Positions 12,517 to 24,907 of a DNA stretch of 64,000 nt are shown piece after piece (positions within the stretch are counted from its first letter, which is position 1; each line of letters opens with the position of its first letter). The DNA comes from Nemertoderma westbladi. Its lineage: Eukaryota > Animalia > Xenacoelomorpha. Below the pieces are notes generated by a model. The model worked only from the letters and a program-made list of their open reading frames with translations, was not told where the DNA came from and did not search any database. Location: the NCBI GenBank assembly GCA_032718475.1, contig JAUCBJ010007134.1, positions 1-64,000 on the forward strand, read 5' to 3'. The position numbers and the translations under genes were made by a program.

Positions 12517-13692
12517 TTATCGTTTTTTCTTAAACAAAATGTTTCTAAAGGCTTTGCGAAAGTCTCTATTGAATACTGTGTATATGATCGGGTTGAATGC
12601 CGAGTTCACGTAGCCCAACCAGAAAAAAAAGTCCATTAGCTCGGGAACTATGTTGCACGAGGGCCATAAGGTAACCACCGTGTAGGCCGTGAAAAACGGG
12701 AACCAACACACGAAGAATGTCCCCATGACGATGCCGAGGACTATCGTCAGTCGGCGCTCGCGGGCCGCCGTCACGCTGTACCGTGTGTCCCGGGTCCGCG
12801 CGTGGGAGAGAACGATGGCGTTGCGAGTGGGCGACGCGAGGTTGTTGCCTTGCGACAACGACGACGGGGCGTAGTTACTAGCCAACGTCTCTGTCTGTTC
12901 TAACGAAGTCGACGATAAATAATGCGACTCGGAATCTTCGTCGTCGTGTTGATGGTTCGAGGTGACGGATTTGCCGATGAGTTTCATCGCGTTTGATACT
13001 CGACGACGTTTGTTCGCTTGGCGGTGTCGCTGCGCGGCGGTCCGTTTCCGGGCTTCTATGTAGATTTTGGTGTAGAGGGCGAGGAAGATGACGCAGGGCA
13101 AGTAGAAGCTAAAGATGACGCTGTAGTAGACGTAGTTGCCTTCGGGTAGCGGACAACTCTCGGAGGAATCTAGCGAAGTCTTCCACCCGAGGGCCGGAGG
13201 CACCGATATCGCCACCGAGAATAGCCAAACACCCGCGATACTCATCGCGATCTTCTTTGAGGTTCTCTCGTACGCGGTTGGGTGAATCACGCTGAAGTAA
13301 CGATCCAGACTAATAACGCACAGGTTCCATATACTGGCAGTGCAGGCCAACACGTCCACACCCAGCCAGACCTCGCACCAAATCTCGCCGAAGACCCAAC
13401 AATGGAGGAGGTACTTCGCAGTGGTGAACGGGATGACCAGCAGACCTATCATAATGTCGGAGGTCGCCAGGGAAATTAACAGCCGGTTCTGCACGACCTT
13501 GAGCGCCCTGTCCGTAACTATGGCGACGCATACCATCACGTTTCCGAAGACTATAATCACCATGACTACCACGGCGCAAACAGCTATAGTTATGAATCTT
13601 AATCGGCCCCCTGAGTTATTCATGTGGTAGAATGTGCATACATCATCATCATTAGTGTGGCTTGTGTTTATGGCAGGAACCGCGCCTGACAT
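12517..13692 (-). CDS. Intronless class A aminergic GPCR, alpha2-adrenergic-like (391 aa)
   Basis: Motifs GN (TM1), LATSD (TM2), D3.32 in DVLACTASIWNLC, DRY, TM5 S5.42 and S5.46 (YYSVIFSFYLP), CWFPFF and FFFWLGYVNSAFNPIIY. It has a long ICL3 and a very short C-tail. Confidence 0.93.
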   Translation of the reverse strand: MSGAVPAINTSHTNDDDVCTFYHMNNSGGRLRFITIAVCAVVVMVIIVFGNVMVCVAIVTDRALKVVQNRLLISLATSDIMIGLLVIPFTTAKYLLHCWVFGEIWCEVWLGVDVLACTASIWNLCVISLDRYFSVIHPTAYERTSKKIAMSIAGVWLFSVAISVPPALGWKTSLDSSESCPLPEGNYVYYSVIFSFYLPCVIFLALYTKIYIEARKRTAAQRHRQANKRRRVSNAMKLIGKSVTSNHQHDDEDSESHYLSSTSLEQTETLASNYAPSSLSQGNNLASPTRNAIVLSHARTRDTRYSVTAARERRLTIVLGIVMGTFFVCWFPFFTAYTVVTLWPSCNIVPELMDFFFWLGYVNSAFNPIIYTVFNRDFRKAFRNILFKKKR

Positions 13693-14112
13693 ATTTCCTT
13701 TTGTTGTTTATCGTATGGTTTAAATATTTAACTAATAGTTTGTGACAGTAACTTTCCCTCACAAGATTGCGTCACACCGAGCCGTCAATAAGCGGTTGCC
13801 TTCGTTAATTCTGATACTTATTGACAAATAATTTGAGCGAATATATCAGTAACAACTCCTGTAGTTTCCGTCTTCTTATTCAAATACAATATGAAAAATA
13901 TTATTTTACAATTAATTGAACCAAAACTTAAATTTCGAGGTGAGGAATTAATTAGGGAAAGCTAGTATTTTATGAAGGTCATTTAACTGTAATTGGTAGG
14001 AAGTCCTCCATTAATAATAATATCTCACCTATTGAATAATTTATTCGATTATTTGCTTAGCTGCATCATCTTGTGTCTTTAATACGTCATCAGTAGTTCT
14101 AAGCGGGTAGTA

Positions 14113-17045
14113 GGAGCGGGATCCATAGTACATCTAGTGGATGCGGGATCCATAGTACATCTAGTGGATGCGGGATCCATAGTACATCTAGTGGAAGCGG
14201 GATCCATAGTACATGTAATGGAAGTGGGATCCATAGTACATGTATTAGAAGCGGGATCCATAGTACATGTATTAGAAGCGGGATCCATAGTACATGTAAT
14301 GGAAGTGGGATCCATAGTACATGTAATGGAAGCGGGATCCATAGTACATATAGTGGAAGCGGGATCCATAGTACATGTAATGGAAGCGGGATCCATAGTA
14401 CATCTAGTGGAAGCGGGATCCATAGTACATGTAATGGAAGTGGGATCCATAGTACATGTAATGGAAGTGGGATCCATAGTACATCTAGTGGAAGCGGGAT
14501 CCATAGTACATGTTGTGGAAGCGGGATCCATAGTACATGTAATGGAAGTGGGATCCATAGTACATGTATTAGAAGCGGGATCCATAGTACATGTATTAGA
14601 AGCGGGATCCATAGTACATGTAATGGAAGTGGGATCCATAGTACATGTAATGGAAGCGGGATCCATAGTACATATAGTGGAAGCGGGATCCATAGTACAT
14701 GTAATGGAAGCGGGATCCATAGTACATCTAGTGGAAGCGGGATCCATAGTACATGTAATGGAAGTGGGATCCATAGTACATGTAATGGAAGTGGGATCCA
14801 TAGTACATCTAGTGGAAGCGGGATCCATAGTACATGTTGTGGAAGCGGGATCCATAGTACATGTAATGGAAGTGGGATCCATAGTACATGTATTAGAAGC
14901 GGGATCCATAGTACATGTATTAGAAGCGAGATCCATAGTACATGTAGTGGAAGCGGGATCCATAGTACATGTAATGGAAGTGGGATCCATAGTACATGTA
15001 ATGGAAGCGGGATCCATAGTACATATAGTGGAAGCGGGATCCATAGTACATGTAATGGAAGCGGGATCCATAGTACATCTAGTGGAAGCGGGATCCATAG
15101 TACATGTAATGGAAGTGGGATCCATTGTACATGTAATGGAAGCGGGATCCATAGTACATATAGTGGAAGCGGGATCCATAGCACATGTAATGGAAGTGGG
15201 ATCCATAGTACATCTAGTGGAAGCGGGATCCATAGTACATGTAATGGAAGTGGGATCCATAGTACATGTAATGGAAGTGGGATCCATAGTACATGTAATG
15301 GAAGTGGGATCCATAGTACATCTAGTGGAAGCGGGATCCATAGTACATGTAATGGAAGCGGGATCCATAGTACATGTAATGGAAGTGGGATCCATAGTAC
15401 ATGTATTAGAAGCGGGATCCATAGTACATGTAATGGAAGCGGGATCCATAGTACATCTAGTGGAAGCGGGATCCATAGTACATGTAATGGAAGTGGGATC
15501 CATAGTACATCTAGTGGAAGCGGGATCCATAGTACATGTATTGGAAGCGGGATCCATAGTACATGTAATGGAAGCGGGATCCATTGTACAGTGGAAGTGG
15601 GATCCATAGTATATGTATTGGAAGCGGGATCCATAGTACATGTAGTGGAAGTGGGATCCATAGTATATGTAATGGAAACGGGATCCATAGTACATGTAGT
15701 GGAAGTGGGATCCATAGTATATGTAATGGAAACGGGATCCATAGTACATGTAGTGGAAGTGGGATCCATAGTACATGTAGTGGAAGTGGGATCCATAGTA
15801 CATGTAGTGGAAGCGGGATCCATAGTACATGTATTGGAAGCGGGATCCATAGTACATATAGTGGAAGCGGGATCCATAGTACATGTAATGGAAGCGGGAT
15901 CCATAGTACATCTAGTGGAAGCGGGATCCATAGTACATGTAATGGAAGTGGGATCCATTGTACATGTAATGGAAGCGGGATCCATAGTACATATAGTGGA
16001 AGCGGGATCCATAGCACATGTAGTGGAAGCGGGATCCATAGTACATGTAGTGGAAGTGGGATCCATAGTATATATAGTGGAAGCGGGATCCATAGTACAT
16101 GTAATGGAAGTGGGATCCATAGTATATATAATGGAAGCGGGATCCATAGTACATGTAGTGGAAGTGGGATCCATAGTATATGTAATGGAAACGGGATCCA
16201 TAGTACATGTAGTGGAAGCGGGATCCATAGTACATGTATTGGAAGCGGGATCCATAGTACATGTAGTGGAAGCGGGATCCATAGTACATGTATTGGAAGC
16301 GGGATCCATAGTACATGTAGTGGAAGTGGGATCCATAGTACATGTAATGGAAGCGGGATCCATAGTACATGTAATGGAAGCGGGATCCATAGTACATGTA
16401 GTGGAAGTGGGATCCATAGTATATGTAATGGAAACGGGATCCATAGTACATGTAGTGGAAGTGGGGTCCATAGTACATGTAGTGGAAGCGGGATCCATAG
16501 TACATGTAGTGGAAGTGGGATCCATAGTACATGTAGTGGAAGTGGGATCCATAGTACATGTAGTGGAAGCGGGATCCATAGTACATGTATTGGAAGCGGG
16601 ATCCATAGTACATGTATTGGAAGCGGGATCCATAGTACATATAATGGAAGCGGGATCCATAGTACATGTAATGGAAGCGGGATCCATAGTACATGTAGTG
16701 GAAGCGGGATCCATAGTACATGTAGTGGAAGTGGGATCCATAGTAGATGTAGTGGAAGTGGGATCCATAGTACATGTAGTGGAAGCGAGATCCATAGTAC
16801 ATGTAGTGGAAGCGGGATCCATAGTACATGTAATGGAAGCGGGATCCATAGTATATGTAATGGAAGCGGGATCCATAGTACATGTAGTGGAAGCGGGATC
16901 CATAGTACATGTAATGGAAGCGGGATCCATAGTACATGTAATGGAAGCGGGATCCATAGTACATGTAGTGGAAGCGGGATCCATAGTACATGTAGTGGAA
17001 GTGGGATCCATAGTATATGTGCATAGCACATGTAATGGAAGCGGC
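14113..17045. repeat. 27-bp satellite (GGAAGCGGGATCCATAGTACATGTA[A/G]T), ~108 copies
   Basis: Tandem array with a BamHI site in nearly every unit, a 12-monomer (324-bp) higher-order repeat in the left part, and one short deletion near 15590. Confidence 0.98.
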
Positions 17046-18645
17046 AATGCGGGTTATTTGGCACTCCGATTGAAAGAAACACTTAAGAATAAAAGCTTTG
17101 TAACTGAGGCTGCCTTTTGCATTAAATTAGTTACATGGCTGTTAGATGATTCGCAATGAATTGAGGCGTGCTAACTGTGGGTGTGGCAGTATGGCGTACG
17201 AACTTGTACGGCGTCAAAATTACTCGATAACTCACAATTGTCTAAGATTTCCATTATAAATTAAAGTGAAATTACATGACAAATATTGTGTGTATTTAAA
17301 ATTAATCATGTAATTCCCTATTTTTGTATGTAAGTATTTTATTTTGATTGTAATGCCTTCTTTACTTCAGTAGAGGTAAGAATCTAAAAGTCAAAATATA
17401 AATAGCGAAATTGTTAAATATTAGGAATTGTAGGCATCGCCCAGTGATATAATAACTGCAACCTAATGTTAATGAGCAACATACTGCCCTGTGATATGAT
17501 ATCAATCTAAATGGTTTAAGTGAACGAGAGGGAAATTCAAACTGATTAGATTAGATTAGATATATAATTATATAATTATAATACTTGTCTTAGGGTTATA
17601 TGTGTTGGGTCGAACTATCGGTATGTAACTCTCAGTGTCAGTCAGTATGTTTACTATGTGGCAATAATAATTAATTATCCTGCTAAGTATTTGTTTTTAT
17701 ATATATCAACACATCATGGCGCAGTGTGTAGGATCACACATGACCCTGTTGCCTGTTCCCTCGCAACGCTCTTGTGCTCTCATCCACATTTCTATATATA
17801 TGTAATATTTATTGTCGGGATTAAACTAAAGTAAATAGAATAGCGCACCCATCTATAAGATGACATAAATAAGTATCAATTTAAATTGTAAATAACTAGA
17901 TAAGTTGTTATAACAAGAAATATAATATTTAAGTAATCTGTGCATAATAACAACGTTTATGGAGTGTAGACTACAAATAGAAAACGAAAATATATATAAA
18001 TAAGAAAAGTAAATAAATATATTTTGATGTAATTTAGAGCCATTTATGTACGTCTGAAGGTGCTTGAGCACCTTGTGAACAAAAGCATTATAGGCGCGAA
18101 AATATTGATCTATTTTATCTATGGGCGCAACAGTCAACCGAATTTTGCCGCCATACCTCCATACACACATGTACAATATATAATTGACATGCTGAATTTA
18201 GCCAACTTTATTAAGAATGATTTACAGGCTTATCGACAAAATTGCATCGCCACAGCTACTTATCACCCATGATTTTTGCGATATAATCCGCATCTTCAAA
18301 AAGCAATGCCCAGTGTTCTCTAAGAGACGTAAAATCATGTGCTGCCCATCATGCTTCTTTTCTCCGCCAACAACCAAGAATGCGTACTGGCTGGTCCTCA
18401 CGACGAAAGCAATGGCCTGGGTTGCTGGGGCGGCTCTGTTCAAGTGTCAAGCTTTGGGGGGAGTAATGAAACCGCTCCAATGCTGTATACAGTTCGACGG
18501 TACTTGACTACATGATATTGGTTCTATCTTGTCTGTAATACAACCTGCCATAATCTGCTTTAATTTATTTTTATCACGGATAATTATTGAAAACGACGAA
18601 CATCGAATATTATTAAGACAATTATTATTGCTAGAAATATTGGCG

Positions 18646-19962
18646 ATGTCAAATATCGGGCGTCGTAGCTCTACGGCTGGTTCTGTTGGAAATAGTCCCC
18701 GTCAGAGCGGCGGCAGCCTTACCGGGAAGGCGACGACGAAAAAACAAGGGAAGAATTCGGGCCCTCTGCAGACAGGCGCTGGGCTGAATAAATGTCCACG
18801 CCATGACACTTATTCCGCGGCGCAACCAACGGACAAAAACCGCGATGATGGTCAAAACGAGATAGAGGTTGAATGCTCCGGCAGCAGGTGTAATGTAGCG
18901 ATGGTATGCATAGTAAAAGATGACACAGACTTTGGTCAGGTCGACTTTTACTGTGGCAAATGCGTCGCCAAAAACTTATCAAAAGTTTCTAACGACGTAA
19001 ATAAGATGGAAGCACGCTTAGAAGAAAAATTAAACTCTCAATGCTGATCTTAAGAGTTTGATTCAGTTCCACGACGATCGGTGTCACAAGGTATTAAGAT
19101 CATTACGATCTGATCACGACGATCACGTAGAGGAGAGTGCAACCAAAGCAGATAATATCGAAACGCAAATAGATGCACTTCGGGAGACGTTCGAAGCTCA
19201 ACGAGAACGAGAGGATCATTCAACTGGAGGACAGGGTGACGATAACGAAGAATGGCAACAACCAAACACTCGGCGCAATCGTCGGAATCGCCTTCATCGT
19301 GAACCGCTGGCGCAAAGCGTTTCAAACCAAACCATTGCGTCTTCCAATGTTGCACTGTTGGCACGGCAACTAAAGGGAGAAGAGGGGCAACGCGATAAAC
19401 GTAAAAATAATATTAAAATATCTGGTCTCCCAAACAATTCGGACGATGATTTGGACAACGTTATTTCGGTGGCAAACGAACTGGGATTTCCCTATCCAAG
19501 TCCGATGTATCTGCTATGAGAGTTGGAACACTTCGCGACGATAGGCCACAGCCGATAGTCGCCACCGTTCCATCTGCTGAAAGGATCCAGCTACTACAAA
19601 ATGCGCGAAATCTACGTAGCTCACAGCGCTTTCAGGGAGTCTATATTTCTCCAGATTATACGCCCGCTGAGAGTCGACTTCAGTTTCAGTTACGTCAGGA
19701 ACGTCGGGAACGGCAATCTACAGAACCAAATACAAAATGGATAATCTACCGAGGCGATGTAATAGATGCCGCCACGATATCGAATCGTGGTTCTCATCGC
19801 GTACCTACCGTGGTCGATACTAGCGTGCCTAATACACACTCAGCGCGAACGTTTTACAGATCGAATGGCCCCGCATCTAATCGACAGAATGACAATGACG
19901 ATCACCAATTGAGCGTGTCCTTCATTCCCCCCACTCAACTGGATGAGGGACAGTCAGATTGA
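18646..19962 (+). pseudogene. CR1 ORF1 (Cys-rich PHD-like region, coiled coil, RRM-like/CTD) with two compensating frameshifts
   Basis: CSGSRC...FYCGKC, RDKRKNNIKISGLP, RPQPIVATV and VYISPDYT. Frame shifts occur at ~19040 and ~19490. Confidence 0.8.
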
Positions 19963-22900
19963 CTATTGCAATACACAATACCAGTAACGGTTGCTGCTTG
20001 GTCCCCCGCACCCATAACCGTCGCTGCTGGGTCCCCTGCACCCACTACCGTCGCTGCTGGGTCCCCCGCACCCATAACCGTCGCTGGTGGGTCCCCCGCA
20101 CTCACAACCGTCGCTGCTGGCTCCCCCGCACCCACAACCGTCGCTGCTGCTTCCCCCGCACCCACAACCGTCGCTGCTGGGTCCCTCGAATCCACAGCCA
20201 TCGCTGCTGGGTCCCCGGCACCCATAACCGTCGCTGCTGGGTCCCCCGCACCCACAACCGTCGCTGCTGGATCCCCCGCACCCACAATCGTCGCTGCTGC
20301 GTCCCCCGCACCCACAACCGTCGCTGCTAGGTCCCTCGAATCCACAGCCATCGCAGCTGGGTCCCCCGCACCCACAACCATTGCTGCTGGGTCCCGCGCA
20401 CCCACAACCGTCGCTGCTGGGTCCCTCACACCCACAACCGTCGCTGCTGCGTCCCCCGCACCCACAACCGTCGCTGCTGGGTCCCTCGAATCCACAGCCA
20501 TCGCAGCTGGGTCCCCCGCACCCACAACCGTTGCTGCTGGGTCCTGCGCACCCACAACCGTTGCTGCTGGGTCCTCTGCACCCACAACCGTCGCTGCTGG
20601 GTCCCTCGCAGCCGCAACCGTCGCTGCTAGGTCCCTTGAATCCACAACCGTCGCTGCTGGGTCTCTCGCACCCACAACCGTTGCTGCTGGGTCCCCCGCA
20701 CCCACTACCGTCGCTGCTGGATCCCCTGCACCCACAACCATCACTGCTGGGTCCCCCGCACCCACAACCGTCGCTGCTGGGTCCCCTGCACCCACTACCG
20801 TCGCCGCTGGGTCCCCCGCACCCACAACCGTCGCTGCTGGGTCCCCCGCACCCACAACCGTCGCTGCTGCGTCCCCCGCACCCACAACCGTCGCTGCTGG
20901 GTCCCTCGAATCCACAGCCATCGCTGCTGGGTCCCCCGCACCAATAACCGTCACTGCTGGGTCCCCCGCACCCACAACCGTCGCTGCTGCGTCCCCCGCA
21001 CCCACAACCGTCGCTGCTGGGTCCCTCGAATCCACAGCCATCGCAGCTGGGTCCCCCGCACCCACAACCGTTGCTGCTGGGTCCTGCGCACCCACAACCG
21101 TTGCTGCTGGGTCCTCTGCACCCACAACCGTCGCTGCTGGGTCCCTCGCAGCCACAACCATCGCTGCTAGGTCCCTTGAATTCACAACCGTCGCTGCTGG
21201 GTCTCTCGCACCCACAACCGTTGCTGCTGGGTCCCCCGCACCCAATACCGTCGCTGCTGGATCCCCTGCACCCACAACCATCACTGCTGGGTCCCCCGCA
21301 CCCACAACCGTCGCTGCTGGGTCCCCTGCACCCACTACCGTCGCTGCTGGGTCCCCCGCACCCACAACCGTCGCTGCAGGGTCCCTCGCATCCACAACAG
21401 TCGCTGCTGGGTACCACTCACCCACACATGTTGCTGTTGGGTCCACAACCGCATCTAATTCAACCACTGCCATCCCAACTCTGTTGTTATACAACGCTCG
21501 TAGCCTTCTAAATCTACACAGGCGATGCAAACTGGCAAATTCAATTCTGATCCGAGACTACAATATAATATGCATAACTGAAACTTGGCTTACTCCTGAG
21601 ATACTCGATAGCGAATTATTCCTCACTGGTTACAACTTAATACGTACGGAGCGTAGCTCAAAATTTGATTGTATCTCAACACATGGAGGTGTCCTTATTG
21701 CTCTACAAAATGGAATTAATTACACGCCAGAATATATTAATGGTGCTTCTGATAGATTATCAAGTTCAGTTACTGCCTGTTTGTGCAATATTAACGGTTT
21801 AACATATTTACTTGTATGTATATACAACCCACCTGACAAAAGCCCATACCGCTTAGAAGTTGCTGATTTTTACAAATTACTAGACTACATAATAACATTT
21901 AAGGATCACGTTGACGACGTGATCATATGTGGGGATATTAATCTGCCTTCTGTAGATTGGGAGTCTCACTTTTCTACAGATAACTACGAGAAGGACATTT
22001 TATACGCTATTGACAAACACAACTTTAAACAACACATAAATTTTCCAACACGGGGAGCTAATACGCTTGACGTTTTCATATCATTAACAGACAATACAAT
22101 TCTCAACATTGAGATTGACTACAACCTATCTAGACAATTACAGGCAGTTGAAATCAAGTCAGACCACGACCCTGTCCTGGTTATTTTAAACTCACAATGT
22201 AATGCTGCAAAGCAAACACGGCAGACGATCCAGTCCAATCCCTTGTTGCATTATAGTTTTTGTAAAATAGATACACTGAAGGCAACCCAGATTTGTAAAT
22301 CTCGGCCATTTGACGAAAAATCGTACAATATGACCGATTGTGAGGATCTAGTTAATAAATGGTATCAATGGCTGAATAATGTTATCGACAACTGTGTTCC
22401 TAAACGAACAGTGCATCGTGCCTCGCAACCACCATGGGTGACACAAAAAACCTCACATAAGTTAAATAAATTACACACTCTCCAGCGTAAAATTGCTTCA
22501 AAGATATCGCCAACATTAAACCTTCAGGTTAAGATGGAAAGGTTACAGGAAGAAGTTGAAAATGATATTTTAGCTGACCAAACAAAGTACGAGATGCAGC
22601 TAGCGGACACCCGTTCAATGAAACATCTCTTCAAATATTTCAAAAGCCTACGGAGGTCTTGTTCACTGCCACCAGTAGTACAATACGAGAATCGTACGGC
22701 ATCCACTCATGAGGATCAGGCTAATCTATTTAACGAGTTCTTCCATTCCGTTTTTAAATCCCCGCGAATACCTACTAGCGATATACAACCACCACTTAAC
22801 GACACAAACTCTGAAAGCTTGAACACGACACACGACTACGACGTGTCAGTTGACACAGTGGAGAATATACTTACGTCTTTAGATGCTACGAAATCTCGTG

Positions 22901-24359
22901 GACCAGACAATATTCCACCTTCATTATTTAAATCCCTCGCAAAAGTACTAGCACCCTCAATGTCATTCCTATTCGGGAGGCTGAAAAAAAAAAACCACTT
23001 CCCCGTAGCATGGAAGCATGCACTAATAAATCCTCAACATAAAAAAGGTAGTAGAATCAAGGTAATCTTATACCGGCCAATATCTCTCTTAGCGATTCCT
23101 GGAAAAGTATTTGAGCGTTGCATCTTTATCCCCATCTACGAACAAGTACGTAGTAGGTTACACGACGCACAACATGGATTTAGGAAGTCAAGATCAACGA
23201 TCACACAATTACTTACATTTCTAGACAATGTCTACAAGGGTACGGATAATGGCCAATTGACAGTAGAAGTAATATACTTAGATTTCCAGAAAGCGTTCGA
23301 CTCTGTCAGCCACGAATCCGTTCTGCGAAAATTATGGATAATGGGGGTCCGCGGAAATCTCTGGTATATCCTCCGGAGCTACCTAGCAGGAAGAACACAG
23401 TCAGTAAAAGTCGGAAACGCGAAGTCAACTCCCCGATCTGTCGACAGTGGCATGGCTCAGGGGTCCCTATTGGGACCACTATTCTTTGTTGTTGAGAGCA
23501 ATGATCTCCCAGAAGTTTGTCATGTCAGCATACCATTTCTCCTCGCAGACGATTGCAAATTATTATCAGTATCACATGTCGATTCCATCATCAACACACA
23601 ATTAGATATTGACCGACTTGTGACATGGGGTCTCGAGGCTGGACTAGATTTTAATGAACCGAAATGCAAGCAAATAGTCTTCAAAGGCGACATAGAAGCT
23701 CGGTCATTGTACTCAAGGACTATATCTCGAGTCGATACAGAGAAGGATTTAGGAATAACCATAACATCAAATTTATCATGGACCGCCCACATTAAGGACA
23801 AATGCAGTAAAGCAAATAGAACATTATACCTGATCCGAAGAAGCAGTTCTTTTCGCGCGCACACAAACTCGAGTCCATCCAGCGGAGAGCAACAATCTGG
23901 ATTATTGGTAATGACGATCACACCTACAAGGAGAGACTCATAATACTAAACATTCTACCGATCTCATTATACTTACAATTATCCGACCAACTAACCTTGT
24001 CAAAGATAATAAATAATAAATACGACATTGACTGGTCGCCACATCTAAAGATGAAGCAAACAAACCTCAGAAGAAACACTCGTAGCGCTAACCGACCCTC
24101 GTTTGATCTCACACACCCCCTAAAGTGCATATCAAAGCAAAATTTCTGGTTTCGCGCACCACAATTGGCAAATCAGCTTCCCCTTCAGACAGAGTATTTT
24201 AATCACGTTGGTTTAAAGGCGCGCCTATTGAATCTGTTCTGGGCCCACTTTCACCAACATTACGATGTTGACATCACTTGCAGTTGGAAAATTAACTGTG
24301 ACTGTACACAGATGAACTGCAACCTCCGAATATTGAACCTTAACAACTTACTCACTTGA
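19963..24359 (+). pseudogene. CR1 ORF2: repeat linker, APE endonuclease and reverse transcriptase; deletion and frameshift near 23860
   Basis: APE motifs YNARSL, ITETWL, GDINLP, TLD, SDHDPV. RT motifs YRPISLL, QHGFR, LDFQKAFD, QGSLLGP, LADD. The frame is open to ~23860 and continues in another frame to 24359. Confidence 0.93.
19984..21450 (+). repeat. 30-bp coding minisatellite (TTVAAGSPAP)n, ~49 units, inside the LINE
   Basis: CCCACAACCGTCGCTGCTGGGTCCCCCGCA variants with no frame-breaking indels. A 540-bp block duplication is marked by gtcctgcgca at 20541 and 21081. Confidence 0.97.
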
Positions 24360-24419
24360 TTTTATTACTTGCTAAAATATTATATTTTTATCACCTGCTG
24401 TACCTTCTGTTGATGTATA

Positions 24420-24610
24420 TATATTTTCATCACTTGCTCTGTTGCTGTATTTATAATTTTATCACTTGCTGTATATATACCTGCTGTTGCTGTATATATA
24501 TTTTTATCACTTGCTGTATATATATTTTTATCACTTGCTGTATATATATTTTTATCACTTGCTGTATATATATTTTTATCACTTGCTGTATACATATATT
24601 TTTTATTTAT
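24420..24610. repeat. 24-bp tandem repeat in the LINE 3' UTR
   Basis: TATATATATTTTTATCACTTGCTG repeated several times. Confidence 0.85.
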
Positions 24611-24861
24611 CACTTTCAGTACGTACATTGCACAGCATATGAACAAACACGAAGTGGGGACTTCGCGCAGCACGAAGCTCCGCCAACTTCGTGGCTCGCC
24701 CCACATTATTAAACATAAATATATTTTAATTTTCTCGGATAACGAATACTGGATTGACTTTATTTTAATAGTGCTACTCAGTCTAAATTGTATATTTTTG
24801 TTAGTCTCCATGAATTACGTTTTTTATTTCAGGGGGCGACCCCTACACTATGTGTAAATCC

Positions 24862-24906
<45 letters not shown>

Positions 24907-24907
<1 letters not shown>

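Larger units (their letters stand above)
18600..24905 (+). mobile_element. Near full-length CR1-clade non-LTR retrotransposon
   Basis: ORF1 is followed by an APE-RT ORF2, a CR1-type C-terminus (LESIQRRAT...YKERL), a 3' UTR with hairpins, and an (AAT)n tail at ~24864-24905. The 5' end is approximate and no TSD was seen. Confidence 0.92.

Noticed and set aside
14079-17159. Long repetitive ORFs in several frames
   Set aside because: Translations of the 27-bp satellite, open on both strands with no unique domains.
19935-21530. Minus-strand and alternative-frame ORFs (GAGDPAATVV, GCGCGGPSSD)
   Set aside because: Shadows of the 30-bp repeat; only the + frame joins the endonuclease.
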